The notes under the pieces: model-generated
Seen by the model: the letters and a program-made list of their open reading frames with translations, nothing else
Told to the model about the DNA's origin: nothing
Databases searched by the model: none
Position numbers and translations under genes: made by a program
DNA from: Fimicolochytrium jonesii
Taxonomy: Eukaryota
NCBI RefSeq assembly: GCF_025526975.1
Contig: NW_026515674.1
Coordinates: forward strand, 868,001 to 932,000
Direction of reading: 5' to 3'
DNA: 64,000 bases
Shown here: piece after piece, positions 37,899 through 51,509 of the stretch
Position numbering within the stretch: position 1 is the stretch's first letter
How the letters are laid out: each line of letters opens with the position of its first letter

Positions 37899-40316
37899 AT
37901 GGTAAGGCAGGCTCTGTCGGTCCACCTCCGAGGCCGGAAGGAGGCTTTTGGAGCACAGCCCCAAAAATTGGAGACGACGATGCCGGACGGGTTGGGGTTT
38001 TGCTTGACAAGGATGGGGTAGCGAAATCTGACTCGCGTCTTCCGTTGCAGGTCGTCTTAGCAGCTTCGGTCACCACGAAGACGGGGAAGGGTATGTACGC
38101 TGCATTCTGCCGGCCTTGCCTTCCGGTTCGTTCGTACGGCATTCCGTGGGCTCCAGCGGACTGATGTGAATCCTCTCTCGCCCTCAGCCGTCATCTCGCG
38201 TCAATTCGTCGAGATGCCAAGAGCACGTATTGAGGGTCTGTTGGCGTCGTTCCCAAAACTAATTGGGGCGAATGATAGCCAGCATACGTTTGTGGAGACG
38301 GATTCTGTTCGATATGTGTACCAGGTAAGGGGAAGAAATCTCGCTTGCAAAAGTGGGTGACGGACATGAGGGTCGAAAACTTAGATTTGTTGTTCCGCAC
38401 AGCCTCTGGAAGACCTGTACATGGTCCTAGTAACCAACAAACACTCCAACATCCTGCAAGACATCGACACCCTCCACCTCTTCGCCCGCCTCGTCTCAGA
38501 CTACTGCCGCTCTCTCAACGAGCGCGAAGTCGCCTCCCAAGCCTTCGAGCTCGCCCACGTCTTCGACGAAGTGATCTCCCTGGGCTTCCGGGAAAACGTC
38601 AACCTGGCCCAGATCCGTACGATCACTGAGATGGAATCGCACGAGGAGCGCGTGCAGGCCGAGATTGCGAAATCGCAGGAGAAGCAGGCGAAGGAGGACG
38701 CAAAGAAGAAGGCGAAGATGATGGAGATGCAAAAACGGGAGATGCAGAAGATGGGGTATTCGGGGGGGACTGCGAGTGGGTTTGGAAGTGGCGGGAATGC
38801 GTATGGTGGGAGCGGTGGGATGGGGATGGGGTCGTCGCAGTATGGTGGGGGCGGCCCGGCTGGGTACAGGAGTGGAAGCCCTTACGAGCCTGTGAGGACT
38901 GCCACGCCGGAGCCTGAGAGGACCGCTTACAATGCGTAAGTTTATCCCCCATCGTCGGTGCGCTTTGCGATCGGGAAGGCTAACTAGGATCGTTTTCTTT
39001 GATAGACCAAGCACATCCAGCGGCCCCGCCCGCGGCAAAGGAATGCAGCTCGGAAGAAAACAAAACGACAACGCCATCGTCAACACCATCAAAGCGGACG
39101 AAGGCATCCCCGACGCGCCGCCCGTCGTCGTCTCCCCAACAACCCACCACCACGCGGGTCTCCCATCACCCGTGCATCAGCAGATCGTCCACACTGAAAG
39201 GTACGCACGAAAATCCTCTTCTGGTGACCGTTTCTGCTTTGATAATTTCTGATTGTTTAAATTATCGACAGCGTCCACGTCGCATTGGAAGAAAAGATTA
39301 TCGTCACAGCTAACCGCGACGGTGGCTTAGAGAACATGGAAGTCAAAGGCGACATGCAGCTCAAAGTCTCCGACCCGGACCGTGCCCTCTTGCGCGTCGT
39401 GTTGGATATGAAGCAGGACCCGAGTATTCAATACAAGGTATGCCTGCCCTTGCACATTTCATCTCCAGTGTTAGGGTTAGTGATTGTTGATGTTGTTGTT
39501 GTTGTGTAGACACATCCGAACGTGGACAAGAAACTGTTTGCGGATAGTTCCATTTTGGGCCTGAAAGATCCCTCCCGGCCGTTCCCGACCAACCAGTCCC
39601 TGGGCATTTTGAAATGGCGGTTTGTGACGAAGGACGAGAGTCTTGTCCCATTAACCAGTGCGTAATTCCCATACCATCCCAATTCAGTCTCAAAATCGTG
39701 CGGAATGTGTGCTGATCGGCATCTTTTGTTTGTTTTTCCAAAAACAAGTCAACTGCTGGCCCTCCCCCTCCGGCACCGGAACAGTCGACGTCAACATCGA
39801 ATACGAGCTCCAATCCCTTGACTTGGAGCTCCGCGACGTCATCGTCTCCATCCCATACTCGTAAGCCTCACTCTTCCCCCTTCCCCGCTCCCCATCCCTC
39901 CCTAACCCCCCATTCTATTTATTCACAGCGGCACAACTCCCCCAAGCATCTCGGACGCCGAAGGCACAACGGCCATCGACAGATCCCGCCACCTCGTCCA
40001 CTGGCAGTTACCGACCATTGATAAAACGAACAGTTCGGGCGTGTTGGAGTTCACGGCTGAGGGGGATGATGCGGGTAGTTTTTTCCCGATCAGGGTGTCT
40101 TTTGCGAGTGGGAGGACTTTTTGTGGGGTTGCGGTAGGTTTTTTGGCGGGGTTTCGTTGTTGTTGTATTTGTGTGTTGCATTGAAGACGCTAAATTTTTA
40201 CGGATTCTTTCCTTTTTTTTTCTTAGGTTAAGGATATCACGGCTGTTAATGGCGGTGAACCGGTGACGTTCTCGCAGCAGACGGTTTGTTCGACGGAGGA
40301 GTACACGATTGTGTAG
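37899..40316 (+). CDS. RET2: Coatomer subunit delta; multi-exon, first coding exon is ATG only (intron 37902-38050)
   Basis: [72 protein letters not shown], and the mu-homology region THPNVDK…NCWPS. Confidence 0.95.
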
Positions 40317-42183
40317 CGCGGTCACTACTTTCATGTTAAAATACCTTCGCTGGGAATATTATGTTGATGAGATGTCAAAGGACTTGGTCTTTTGAAGTCG
40401 TGGAGGATCTTTGACTGGCTGTGGGATAAATCTCGATGCATCTGGGCAGGGGGGGGCTGTGAACTGAGCCACTGTTGAACCCATTGTGAGAACCCCACGG
40501 CTTTGCGCATGGGTGGCATGAAGGAGGCTCCCCGTTGAAAATCTTCGAGAACTTCAATGCCTCGATTCGGAGTGGGACATTGACGTTTCCATACGCACCA
40601 TGATTCCAAGGGTCTATCACACATTGCCATGAGGGGATGGATGCAGTAGATGTGGACGAGGAGTGTCCAGGTCTCGATACCACTCACGGTCTGACAGTGT
40701 GATAACGTAACCGAAGCTCCGCACGCGTAACTTACGCGTCGCTACAGACCACAAAACCCTGCTGGAAACTTGCAACCCGCTTCCCGCATGTCGAACGCAT
40801 ACACCCCACTTCTTCCACTTCCCTCCCAGATCGCTGCCAGCAGAAACTTGACCTAGACCCGTGGGGTAAAAAACACCCCGCTTCATATCGTCGCCCGGAG
40901 GACCCTTTCCTCCGTTTCCAGATTTGCGATTTGGAAAAAGTACAGGTAAACCCGCGGTGTTTCATAAATACTACAGTACGGTCGCACGCACTTCTGGTCA
41001 GTCGACGGCTTCAGAGAGGCTGCAAGAGCTACGTGATGGATGTGAGTTCGTCGGTGGGTGTTTCGCCCCGGTCGGGCGGCTGGTGGGAGGTATGTCTGCT
41101 GTGTAGCATGAAGATTCATCAACAACCTTGGCCTTCCTCCCTCTCTCGCCCCGAATCGCTCCCGTGGGTGGATGACGACGAACCCACACCGAGCAAGGGC
41201 AAATGGCGAGATGAGCGTGCAGGCCGATTCTGTCGCGCCTTTCTGTCTTGGCCCCTGTGTCGGTTTGGGGGCCAATTCTAGTTGTTGAATAGGATGCATC
41301 TAGAGCTGGCCTGTGCGCATTGATACCCCGGACACTGTCGCAAGATGAGAGCCGCGGCAGTGAGGTACCGCCGTGCGGATGCAGAGTTGTTGGTGCCGAT
41401 TCATCTCTGAAGCCACCGGCATCTCTCCCCTGCAATTTGATATGTTGTTTGATATGATCGATGCAGATCAAGCTGCGGCCATTCACCGGATGCCTCCGGA
41501 ATGACAAGTCTCGGCGAGAGGCCTTGTTGCAGCCCGATGCGCCGTCGGAAAGGCCACGGGCCCTTTACCGGCGGATCCAAGCGCCCAAAACAGCGTCCTT
41601 CGACAGCCTCATGTTCTCATTACAGAGATGTCCGATACAAGGATAGGGGAAGCTCCGGGGAAACCGTGGATATCAGGGCCGTTTGTGAACATTTGCATAT
41701 CAGCCACGGTCCTTGTGTTCGAGCGGTCGCCAGCATCCTTTCTCCCTGATACAATTGCAACAACAAAGGCAAAAAAAAGGGTTAAATGCTTGTGAAGAAT
41801 GGACATACAGTACAAGCGGTGATTGAGATGGCTTATTGTGTACGAGCCAGCGTCCTTGTTCGGTAAGAATGGACGTATGATTGATTCAATGGGCGATGTA
41901 AGACGTGTCCGAACGGACCCAAGAATCGCTCCCTATTTTTAGGCTTTCCCAACCCCGCCCCATCTTGCTCCGCCTTCGTGGGAGAATGGAACAACCGACT
42001 CATACGCTCACAGAAGGACGGGCGAACAGCGCAGGGATGCTGTCCCTGGGAGGCATCCTGCTGTTGCTCACGGAGCTTCCAGAATATTCTTCAATTTCAG
42101 GTCCCAGTCGTTCTTGAGAAGTCAAGATTGCGTCCCGATTTTACTCTACCCACTCTACCATATTCCCGCCAGCCTTTTTGCGA

Positions 42184-45100
42184 ATGGATTTCCACCACGA
42201 TGGCGAACCATCTTCGGCCTTTACGGCCTCCGAGGGCCGTCCGCGTACTTCGAAAACGAGGCGGGATTCAGCGTCAGCATCAGCGTCACTCTCCCGACCA
42301 CTAAAGCCCGTGCCCCAACTCAGACGCCGCCGCACGGAAGCAGGAATCAGCGGGAGGCCAGAAGCTCCAGAGACGATAGTCATCGGCAAGAGTATCACGT
42401 ACCCACCGCCACCTGATAGCCAGTTCCGGCGCATTTGGTATTATATTGACGGTCCGCAATTGATGCGATTACCCGTCGCACCGCCACCTGAAGATGTCCT
42501 GCCGGAGTTCAAGTGGTCCGTGCCCGGCCTCACACGCTACTACGGCAAGCGATATCCTTTGTTGTTTGTGTGGGGCTTGTACGCTACGGCTCTGGTCTGT
42601 TGGCTGGGAATTATTTGCATACCACTTTCTTCGGGCGCCGGGTATGCAGTCAAGGAACCGCCGTCCACAAGCACCGAAGGCGCTGGGAGGCCGCCACCTC
42701 TCATAACAATACCCATCAACTACACGGTATACATCTTTGTGCTCTTCCCGTTTTATGTCCTTTCCGGCACGCTGTGCGTTGGGTATTATTTCCACAGCTA
42801 CTCGCCTGAATTCTGGTTGCTTCGCGCCTGGGATTTCTTCTTCTGCTTCATACCCATGATGGTCATACCCGTCGCGGCGAACCATATCATGTACAAATAC
42901 CAACCGGAAATCATCGAGTCGAAAATCTGGGTGTTCTGGACCATTATCCTCGGCTGCTCGTGGGGGATATGCTACATCGGCATCCTGAACTTTCGGAAGC
43001 AACGAAAGTGGACTGTCTTCACGCACTCGAGAAGGGCATCTCTCGCGAGTTCCCCGGACGGCGCTGCGGCTAAGGGTGCGTCCTCCGACACGGAGAATCC
43101 AAGGCTCTCCACGACCGAGAAGTCAAGGGGAAGTATGGCGCGACACCATCACCATGACCCGCGCTGTAGCCCCGAAGCCGCCGCCGATCCGTATGGCAAG
43201 CCGGAGCCGATGCCGTTTCGGACAATGTTCTGGATGTTGGGTCATATTGTTCAGCTTCTGTGCCTTTATTATGCTGGTCAGGTAAGCCCTTGGCGCGTTG
43301 TCCCCCTTTGCCCTGCACTGGAGAGCCTGAAAGATGCCTGCCATCACCTAACATTTTGATGCTCGTTTTTAGATCTTAACCTACGTCTATTTCGAGCACG
43401 CTCCGTATCATCCCATCGTTGAATTGAGTACGTAACACCACATTGCCGACGGGATTGTGTCTATGGATACGTTTCTATTTCCTGATCCCATATTCTTTAT
43501 TCCTCGCAATATAGTCTGCATCCACGTCTTCACCATCGGGTTCAAAATGGTGTCCCGCCTGAGTGGAAATTACTTGGGATTGAAATTGAAGTAAGCTGCG
43601 GCGCGGAGCACCTTAGTCGGGTTTCGCAAACGCGGACTGACTAAAGCGGGCTATGTTTCTCCTTGCAGAGTCACCCATCTCGCTGTCGCGGGGGACATGT
43701 TTTCTACGCTTTTGCATTCGATGTGTAGGTAGCTGACATGCCAGGTCGATCTGATTGTGCAAAAGTCCTCACGGAGATGTATTTTACCTTCTCCGCGATC
43801 TGATATCGGGGCGCTATAGTCTTGAACAACCTCTACACGGTGGACCAGTCCTCATCTTGGTGGGTCATTCCCATATTCGGCGTGTTGTATGGCATCCAGG
43901 TGAGTTCGGGCCACTCACACCCGTACGCAGATCACGATATCGGTTCATATCGAGTTTCCATCTCACGTACCTACCCCAATCTCTTCTTCACGAAGCGCTT
44001 TATCATGATCACATTGAGATTAACAAACCTATGGCAAGCTCTTCGGAAACATTTATGGAAGACCATGGTCAGCGGATGGAAGAAACTTCATCAATCGCCG
44101 TCACCACCAACCGAAACGCCTAATACCGCTCAACGATCGGAGGAGCCTGACGGGTTAGAAGCCGGAACGAATGTGCACCTGGAAAATTTCAGCGAAGACG
44201 CGGAAGACGCCGCGTTTAGCTACCCATTGCCAGACCTCGAAGCGCGGGACGTGGTAAACGCTGGCGCCGATTCGGATCTGGGTTCGAGACGATATTCGGA
44301 GGTGGGGACGCCGCCGCCACGGATATCTGTCAAATCATCCTCGTTCGAGGACCGCAAGAACCCTAGTCCCACGGCGGACATTGTGGAAGGGTTCAGGTCG
44401 TTGCCCAGGCCGAGGGCGGACAGCAGCGCATCGTTTCGGCCGAGAGCGGGTACTACCGGAGCCGACGCGCTGGCAAGACCCAGAGCCGATAGCAGTGGGG
44501 CTATGGCGTTATCCCGGCGGATGTCGAATAGCAATGGGACGGCGGGGGGAACAATGCCGCGGATTATCCGCTCGGGACCGCTCACACCGAAACAGGGGCA
44601 AGGGTCAAACACTTCTGTCTCGACCGGCCAACGAATGAACGCGTCGAATGGCAACCCGCAGATTGCCAAAACGCAGTTGGCGGCACCTGGCGAATTCGAG
44701 CCGGAGATTGCAGAGGAAGAGGATCTCCGCGACATCACGCGAAACGCGTCCGAAGCAACCCCGCATCCCAACGGCAAAACAAATCCACTGAGCCACCACC
44801 CCCGCCGCCCCTCCACCGCCTCCTCCCGCTTCTCAACCACCGAACCCCACCCCGACACCTGGCCCTCCTACGTCCACCTCCACCTCCTCTCCGAAGCCCA
44901 CGGCTGCGTCGCCCGCGGCCTCACCATAATCGCCTTCATCTCCTCCCTCCAGCTCCTCCGGTACGGCCCGAACGCGCGACACTACCATACCCTCGCGCCG
45001 TACTTCATCCACGACTCGGCATACACCGCCATTGTCACCCAGACGTGCATCACCTTCGCGGCGGAGCTGGTGGCGAGTGCGTTGGGGCATTGGTGGCTGT

Positions 45101-45240
45101 ATGCGACGACGGGGATCACGGTGTGGCAAGAGTATCGGAGGTTTGTCGGGATGTATCCGGAGGTGGCGGTGTTTGAGGCTTTGACGCTTTTCCATGTGCT
45201 TTTGGATTCGACGTTTATGCTTATTAAGTTGGAGTTTTGA
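42184..45240 (+). CDS. Uncharacterised multi-pass membrane protein (resembles the fungal YIL067C-like family); several short exons at 43373-43900
   Basis: Hydrophobic helices in both large ORFs, joined by phase-consistent short exons. The C-terminus LRYGPNARHY…AAELVAS…YPE…HVLLDSTFMLIKLEF resembles a recalled conserved fungal membrane family. Confidence 0.6.
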
Positions 45241-45812
45241 CTGCGAAAACCTAAACTCACGGAACCGCGCAAACGGATCGGGACACTTGATTGAGCGGTT
45301 GGATGCGAGGGATGCACAGAGGGTAGCGGCAGCGGAGTTCATGCTAGGCACGAGTGAAAGTCATAGCAGGGATAGGACAGGTTTAGGACATATGTAGATC
45401 AGCGGTAGGGCCTGATAGGACAAAATGATGGAGGGCGGGATGTAAGGAGGGGATGCTTCAGCACTGTCAATGAAAAACAGCGCAAGATGGTGCATGAGTA
45501 CAAACCGATGAGTACTTGGCGTCTCAGCGACTCGGAAGGGTTTGCTCTAAAGGACCTGAGGAGCAGACGTGTGTGCAATGCAAGAATACATGTCCGCAAT
45601 TCGGAGAACTGAGGTAGGGCAGATTTGAGCCTGTTCTACTAATATTTACGATATTCTTCCCCCGACCGTTGGTCGTAAAGGGTATGTGGGGAAGGCGGCG
45701 GGTGTCAAATATGTACTCTATGTGCAAGTCATGGTGAAGCCCAGCGGCCGTGGAGACCTAAGCTCCCCTCCGCCGCTCGTCGTGCAATTCTCCATCTCCT
45801 CCACCCAGCCTT

Positions 45813-47824
45813 CTAATCAGTCGTCCGACACATCACCGGATTACAATGCAATCTCGGCCCCCTCCCCACGGTACCCCTCGCACTCGAAGTCTCCGACCCC
45901 GCCGCCTCCCCATCCTCCTCAACAACAACAACCACGTCCCCTCCCCCCTCCGCCTCCTCCCCCTGTCCCCCATCCAAACTCTCCAACTGCACAGTCGCAT
46001 GATGAATACCGTACTTGTAACATAGAAGATTCTGCGCTTCGGCGAGGATGGCGTGGTAGTGGGTTAATGTTAAAGGTTGCGGTGTGGAGGCGCCTGGGAG
46101 GTCGGGGAGGATTTGCAGGTGGGCGGAGAGGGACGGCTGGCGGGGGACGTGAGAGATGGGGGTTAGTTTGGGAGGGACGGCGGGGCAGGGGGGGGTTGGG
46201 TATAAAGCAGGGGACGGTGACACGTACCTTGCCCATTGTGAGTGTCCAGATGTGCAGATCATGGATGTCGGCCACGCCGGCGATGGAGCGGAGGTCGCTG
46301 GCTACTGAGAGGGGGTCTATGTCTGCTGGTGTTGCTGGAGGGGGTAGAGTGGACATTCAGATGAGAACCCCCAGAAGACGCGGGTAAGACCGGCATTTCG
46401 GGGGATCCTTTTACCTTCCATAAGCACAGTTAAGCTATTCCACATCAGCTGCACAGTCGTCGCCAGCACAAACACCGAAAACACAAACGTGCAGATCGGG
46501 TCCACGATGGTCATGTCGGGGTTGACCCAGATGATTGTGGCGGCGATGAGGACGCCGATGGAGCTGATGAGGTCGCCGATGACGTGGATTGCGGCCGCGT
46601 GGACGTTTATGTTCATTGCCTGGAGGGTACATTCGTAAGTGTCAGGTGATAGCCGTTTGATGGCTTTAAATGTGCGTTCATACCGGCTTCTTTTTTGGTG
46701 CTGCGTCGTGACCACGGAGCGGTCTCTCCTCGATGTCATGGTCGTGGTCATGCTCGTGGTCGTGGCTATGCTCATGCTCATCATGGTGAGAATGTGAATG
46801 CCCATGGGAGTGGCCATGCGAATGCCCATGCCCATGCCCATGGTCATGACTCCCATGCAAAGTCAACCCCAGCACTATATTTATGCCCACCCCAACCGCC
46901 GCCGTCGCAAACATGATGGGCCCGTTGATGGGGACCGGGTTCCGCACCCTGTCGATCGCCTCATATACTAAGAATGCGGTTAAGATCCAGATGAGGAAGG
47001 TGGAGAGGATTGCGCCGATAATTTCGGCGCGGTGGAAGCCGTAGGAGTGGCCTGTGGGGATGGGTTTTGTGTATTAGTTGGGGACATTGTGATTGTGATT
47101 GTGAGGAAGATTAGGATGGCACCTACGTTTTGTTGCTGGCTGCTGGGACAGGTATAATGCTGCGAGCGATATGGCGAAACCGGCAATGTCGGATAGGAGG
47201 TGGAAACTGTCGCTGAGGATGGCGAGGGATCCTGTTCAGAATTGAAGTTCAGAGCGTGGCTCATCAACCCATTAATCACCATTTATCATCGACCCAGCAA
47301 CCCATCAACAACCATCAACATGGAGCAGATGGTTGAGGGATACCCTCCCTGCTCGCTCCGCCCGCGACAAGGAGGTTGGGCTATGAATGAGTGATCAGCA
47401 TTCCTGCGCGTCCAGCCCAGTTGAGCTCAATATCGCTCGGAACCTTCAAGCATCCCTTTGCCTCTGGGCCAGCGAGCTCGCTATCGCTCTCATCCTCAAG
47501 CATCCCTTTGTCCGCCATGGAAAACCACCGTCGCTCGCGCGCACTCTCCTCCTTATCCCTCAGCTCACCTGCCCAAAACCCCGCAACCAACTCCACCACA
47601 AAGAACGCAAAACACAGCCCCGTCGCAAGCAACAATTTCCGCTTATTATGCTCCACATCAGAAACCTCGGTCTCCGTCTCTGGACACGCTTTAAAAGACT
47701 GTGTTTGTGACTGGTGGCTCCGCTCAGAGCTCTTCCCTACACTAGCAGGAGCAGTTGGAAAAAGCATTGGAGGGCCGTCCTCTCGGGTGTCGGAGATATC
47801 GGCTGCTGCTGTAACGGGGAGCAT
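45813..47824 (-). CDS. Cation diffusion facilitator zinc transporter (ZnT2/SLC30-like); multi-exon
   Basis: SLAILSDSFHLLSD (HxxxD), SYGFHRAE, His-rich loop HDHGHGHGHSHG…, NINVHAAAIHVIGD, HDLHIWTLT and HHATVQLE. Confidence 0.92.
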
Positions 47825-48187
47825 CGTTGGAGATTGGAGGCTGGGTGAGTTTGGTGTTGGAGGTTCTGAGGCTGAGCTTTTCGCCGGATGTAAATTTGGA
47901 GGGCGAATACGGCGGCAGGAAGGTTGGCAATCACGACCGGTCCTCGTCAGATCGCCCACAGACAACGATGGCAAGTTGTTCTAAATGTACTTCACGAGCA
48001 CTAAGGTATGCAGCGTATTCTCGGATGTCATTATGAGGACTGGTTCAAGCGAAGGAATGGGTTGTCCACCGGTTCCGTTGATCGTTTGCCGAGGCCCGAC
48101 GGACAACACAAATTTGCACGAGAAGTCGCACAAAAATCGTCATCGGCAAGAGGGCGCCACTTAAACTGCATTTGATCTGTCCATCCA

Positions 48188-48197
48188 GTCACGTGAC
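48188..48197. promoter_or_regulatory. Palindromic extended E-box GTCACGTGAC about 360 bp upstream of the zinc transporter ATG
   Basis: Perfect 10-bp palindrome in intergenic DNA; matches the bHLH-ZIP (Cbf1/MiT-type) consensus. Function is inferred only. Confidence 0.35.
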
Positions 48198-48464
48198 GGC
48201 CGGGCAAGTCGAATTGTCTTCCGTGAAATTAAATACAAAACAACGGGTCACGGGACACAGCTCCGCCGCTGTTGCTTAAAGCTTGTAAGTTGGCAACGGC
48301 TGCCCTACATCAAAAATGCATTCCAACCTGAGCTTGCGCTCGTATTGAAGAGTGTGGGAGATATATACAATATGGTATGGGGCACGAACAACGAATACAC
48401 GAGGAACGCAGGGTGGATGCATAACTTGCACTTCAGCAGAAGATAAGGAAAAGTGGTGTGCCGT

Positions 48465-50187
48465 CTACATAAGCTCCTCCATAACGTTGACCGGCTGCTT
48501 CTTCTTGTCATCCACCTCCTCGTGTTGAACTGCCTCCGCTTCGTTCTCAGGGTACTCGTCCTCCAAGGTGGGGTTGAACGCTGGAAAACAGAACAGGGGT
48601 CAGATATCGTTGCCATGAAAAACGGGGTCGAAAACACAGAACGGTACTCACCGAAAGAACCCTTTGGCCAGAACGTCGACGCAAAGATAATGACACCGGT
48701 GCAGGTGAACATAACACCGGGGATCCACTTGAGGTACTCCTCTTGCTGGTGGATCTTGTCGGCCTTCATCGAGTCGAGCCAGTTTCCGATCACGGGGGAG
48801 ATAACGGCGTAGATCACAATATACGTGACATACAAGAAGGACATGACGGCGCCGAGGGTGGATGTTTTGCGGTTGTGGGCTGTGTGTGGGGGGGAAGACG
48901 GGAGTCAGACGCCGTTTTGGAAAGAGAAACGATTTATGACGAGGGGAACATACCTGATTTGCTAACGTGGGATTGGATGAACGCGGAGAGGGACACGTCA
49001 CCAGCGGCCCAACCGAAGGAGATGGTGACCATGATGGCAGCGAGCACCCAAGCGGTCGCGAGCGGGGTGATGCCGAGGCCGGTAGGTGTGATCGCGGAGT
49101 ACACCCACGCGATCGAGAGTGTGAGGGCATCGAGACGTAACCAGGGCAGAGGGGTCTTGATGGTGCTTGTGAAGAGGAAAACGAAGAACGCACCACAGAG
49201 CTCGCCAAAGTTGGATCCACCAACGATCAGCGGACCGTAGGAAGCCTCGCCGAGCACGAGCTGGGCGTAGTTGGCGGCGACACCGTTCTCGATGTATCGG
49301 TGCAGGACGAGGGGGATGGAGTAGCCGAAGATCAACCATGTGAACCGACGGTCGGTGAAGATGATTTTAGCGCCGAACGCGACTGATGTGCCGAACGAGG
49401 CGAAGGCGCCCAAAATGCCCGAGATGACACCACCGTGTGCTCCGTCAGGGACGTCGCTGAGCTGCTGGGCTTCCTCGCTGGTGACCTTGATCCGCGACCA
49501 AAGGAGCGCGGCGCCGACGAAACAGAATGGCGTGGTGATGGGCGCAAAAGCCTTGCCCAGATTCAGAGCCATGAAGGTAGCGAAGAACGCTCCCCCGGTA
49601 CCGGCAACCTCGTAGAAGATATGCACCATCGAGTCCATTCTCTTCAGCTTCATAACGTTCCCACCCACCATGTCACGCGGGATGATCCTTCGAATAATCT
49701 CCACCATGCCGTGCGTAAGCCCAGAGATTGCAAAGATTGGCACAACGATCCTTGGGTTCCAGGCTCCAACCACCGCCTTGCCATCGTCGGTCCATTGCGG
49801 AGCCTTGCCCCCTGTCGCACCCTCGATGATCATCGGAATACACGAGATAACTGCAAAGCACGCGATCGCAAACGCCAAGATCGCTCGAATCGGGAACCGC
49901 ACAAGCAGCGGCGCAACGACGATAGACCCGACGCACTGCAGGGCTTGGTTGAACCCGTCGAGGTATCCGGTCATGGTGAATTTCTCGCTCTTGGCTAACC
50001 GCTCCAGAGCGAGAGCCTTGATGGTTCCGTTGAAGGACTCGAGGCCGAACTTGTACAGCATGATGCCGGTGATGTAGAACACGAGGTTGCGTTTCTCTTC
50101 ACTGGTGAAGCGGGGGACCACTTGCTTGGCTTTGGCGAGGTAGCCCTGCTCCTGCGCGGCAGGCGATGGGATTGTTGCTTGCGACAT
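48465..50187 (-). CDS. Major facilitator superfamily transporter of unknown substrate, 3 exons
   Basis: About 12 hydrophobic helices; GIMLYKFGLESFNG, VEIIRRIIPRDMVGG, GGSNFGELCGA and FGWAAGDVSL. Two GT-AG introns; stop at 48467-48465. Confidence 0.85.
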
Positions 50188-51509
50188 GCTGGATGGTCTT
50201 GGATGGGATGTGTGTTGTGTTGTAGGTATGGTATGTGGGCGGAAGGAGACTGTGACCAGCACGAGAAGCCAACCAGATGAGGTGTGAGCGACGGTTTCAA
50301 GGGGCTAAAGAGGAAACGAGGGTCTGCCGGGACTTGCCAAGCTTTTATATGCGATGCCAAGATAGGCGGCTTTTCTCCCTTGTCCAACCTACTCCGCACC
50401 GAACGGCAGACTTGTTCATGTTTACTTCTTCCCTCCCGCAAGCAAGCACGTTTTCGCAAAAGTGATCCCACAGCGAAGCCCATTGCCCACCGGCACGGAC
50501 TCGGTTCAAGGTTGATAAGTTATAACCACACATCCCCATCTCCCCCGTCCCACGTTTTCGCCCCTTCTAACTCTCTCTCGTTCCAAATTGATTATACCCA
50601 AGTCACTTCACACCACGCCCGCCTCTGTGGTCAATTTGTGTTTTTGGCTCATTGGGTTCCGGGCACATGCAAAAGGGACTATCTTTCCAGTAGACCGGGC
50701 TTAGCCCAACGTCATGATTGTCCATTGTTCAAAAGTTATCAAACGCTGACCGTCCCCCGCCCCGATTAGAAAAAAGTGTTTATTGACGAGTTGGGGGGGC
50801 GGGCTCGGCAACGTGTTTTGGGACTTTAAGGTTTTTGGCGCTGGCCAATCAGGACGCGTTAATGCCGACACGTTTTGCCGAGGGCTCCGGCTCGAGGGCT
50901 GGGAGCACACACGATGCTCTCATTATTATGCAACGTTCCTCAACCTGCTTGTCTCATTGGCTACCGGCCTGGCGGCCTTACCATGAAACTCTGAAACCTA
51001 CGTATTTAGCAGTTACAGTACCTCCGAACCGTGTGAGCCCCAGTTGGTGAGAAAGGAACCTCAAAAACAAACACATGGAAGGGGAAGCAAAAAGAAAGAG
51101 GGTAACTCACAGCAGTTTTCGCCCTGCCATATCCTTGGCTTGAGTCGGTGATATGGGAGAGGGGGGAATAAAGTGATTTGGTGGAATGGTAAACCTCGGT
51201 GATGGCGGTGCTTGTAAGTGCCTAGCGCTGCTCGTTCCACGGACACGCCATGGAGTAAGGCTAGCGCCGAACGACTGTGGGCACGAATAGCGCGACGATC
51301 AGAAACTGACCGCGAACGTGATCATCGGCCCGAGGTAAGCGACATCTGATACTGCACTTTCTGTATGAAAAGGGAGATGAAAGATTGACTGTTCTATAAA
51401 TGTTCAAACGAAGATAACTCCACCTCTCTTCCCCTCCTCCAAAAATGCATGTCAGTCTGCTCTAAGGAGTAATGCTCTACCTGCACAGAGAAGCCCTTCA
51501 AACTCCTCA

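Noticed and set aside
40331..42100. Cluster of short ORFs between RET2 and the membrane-protein gene
   Set aside because: No motifs, coherent splice pattern or codon bias that I could support.
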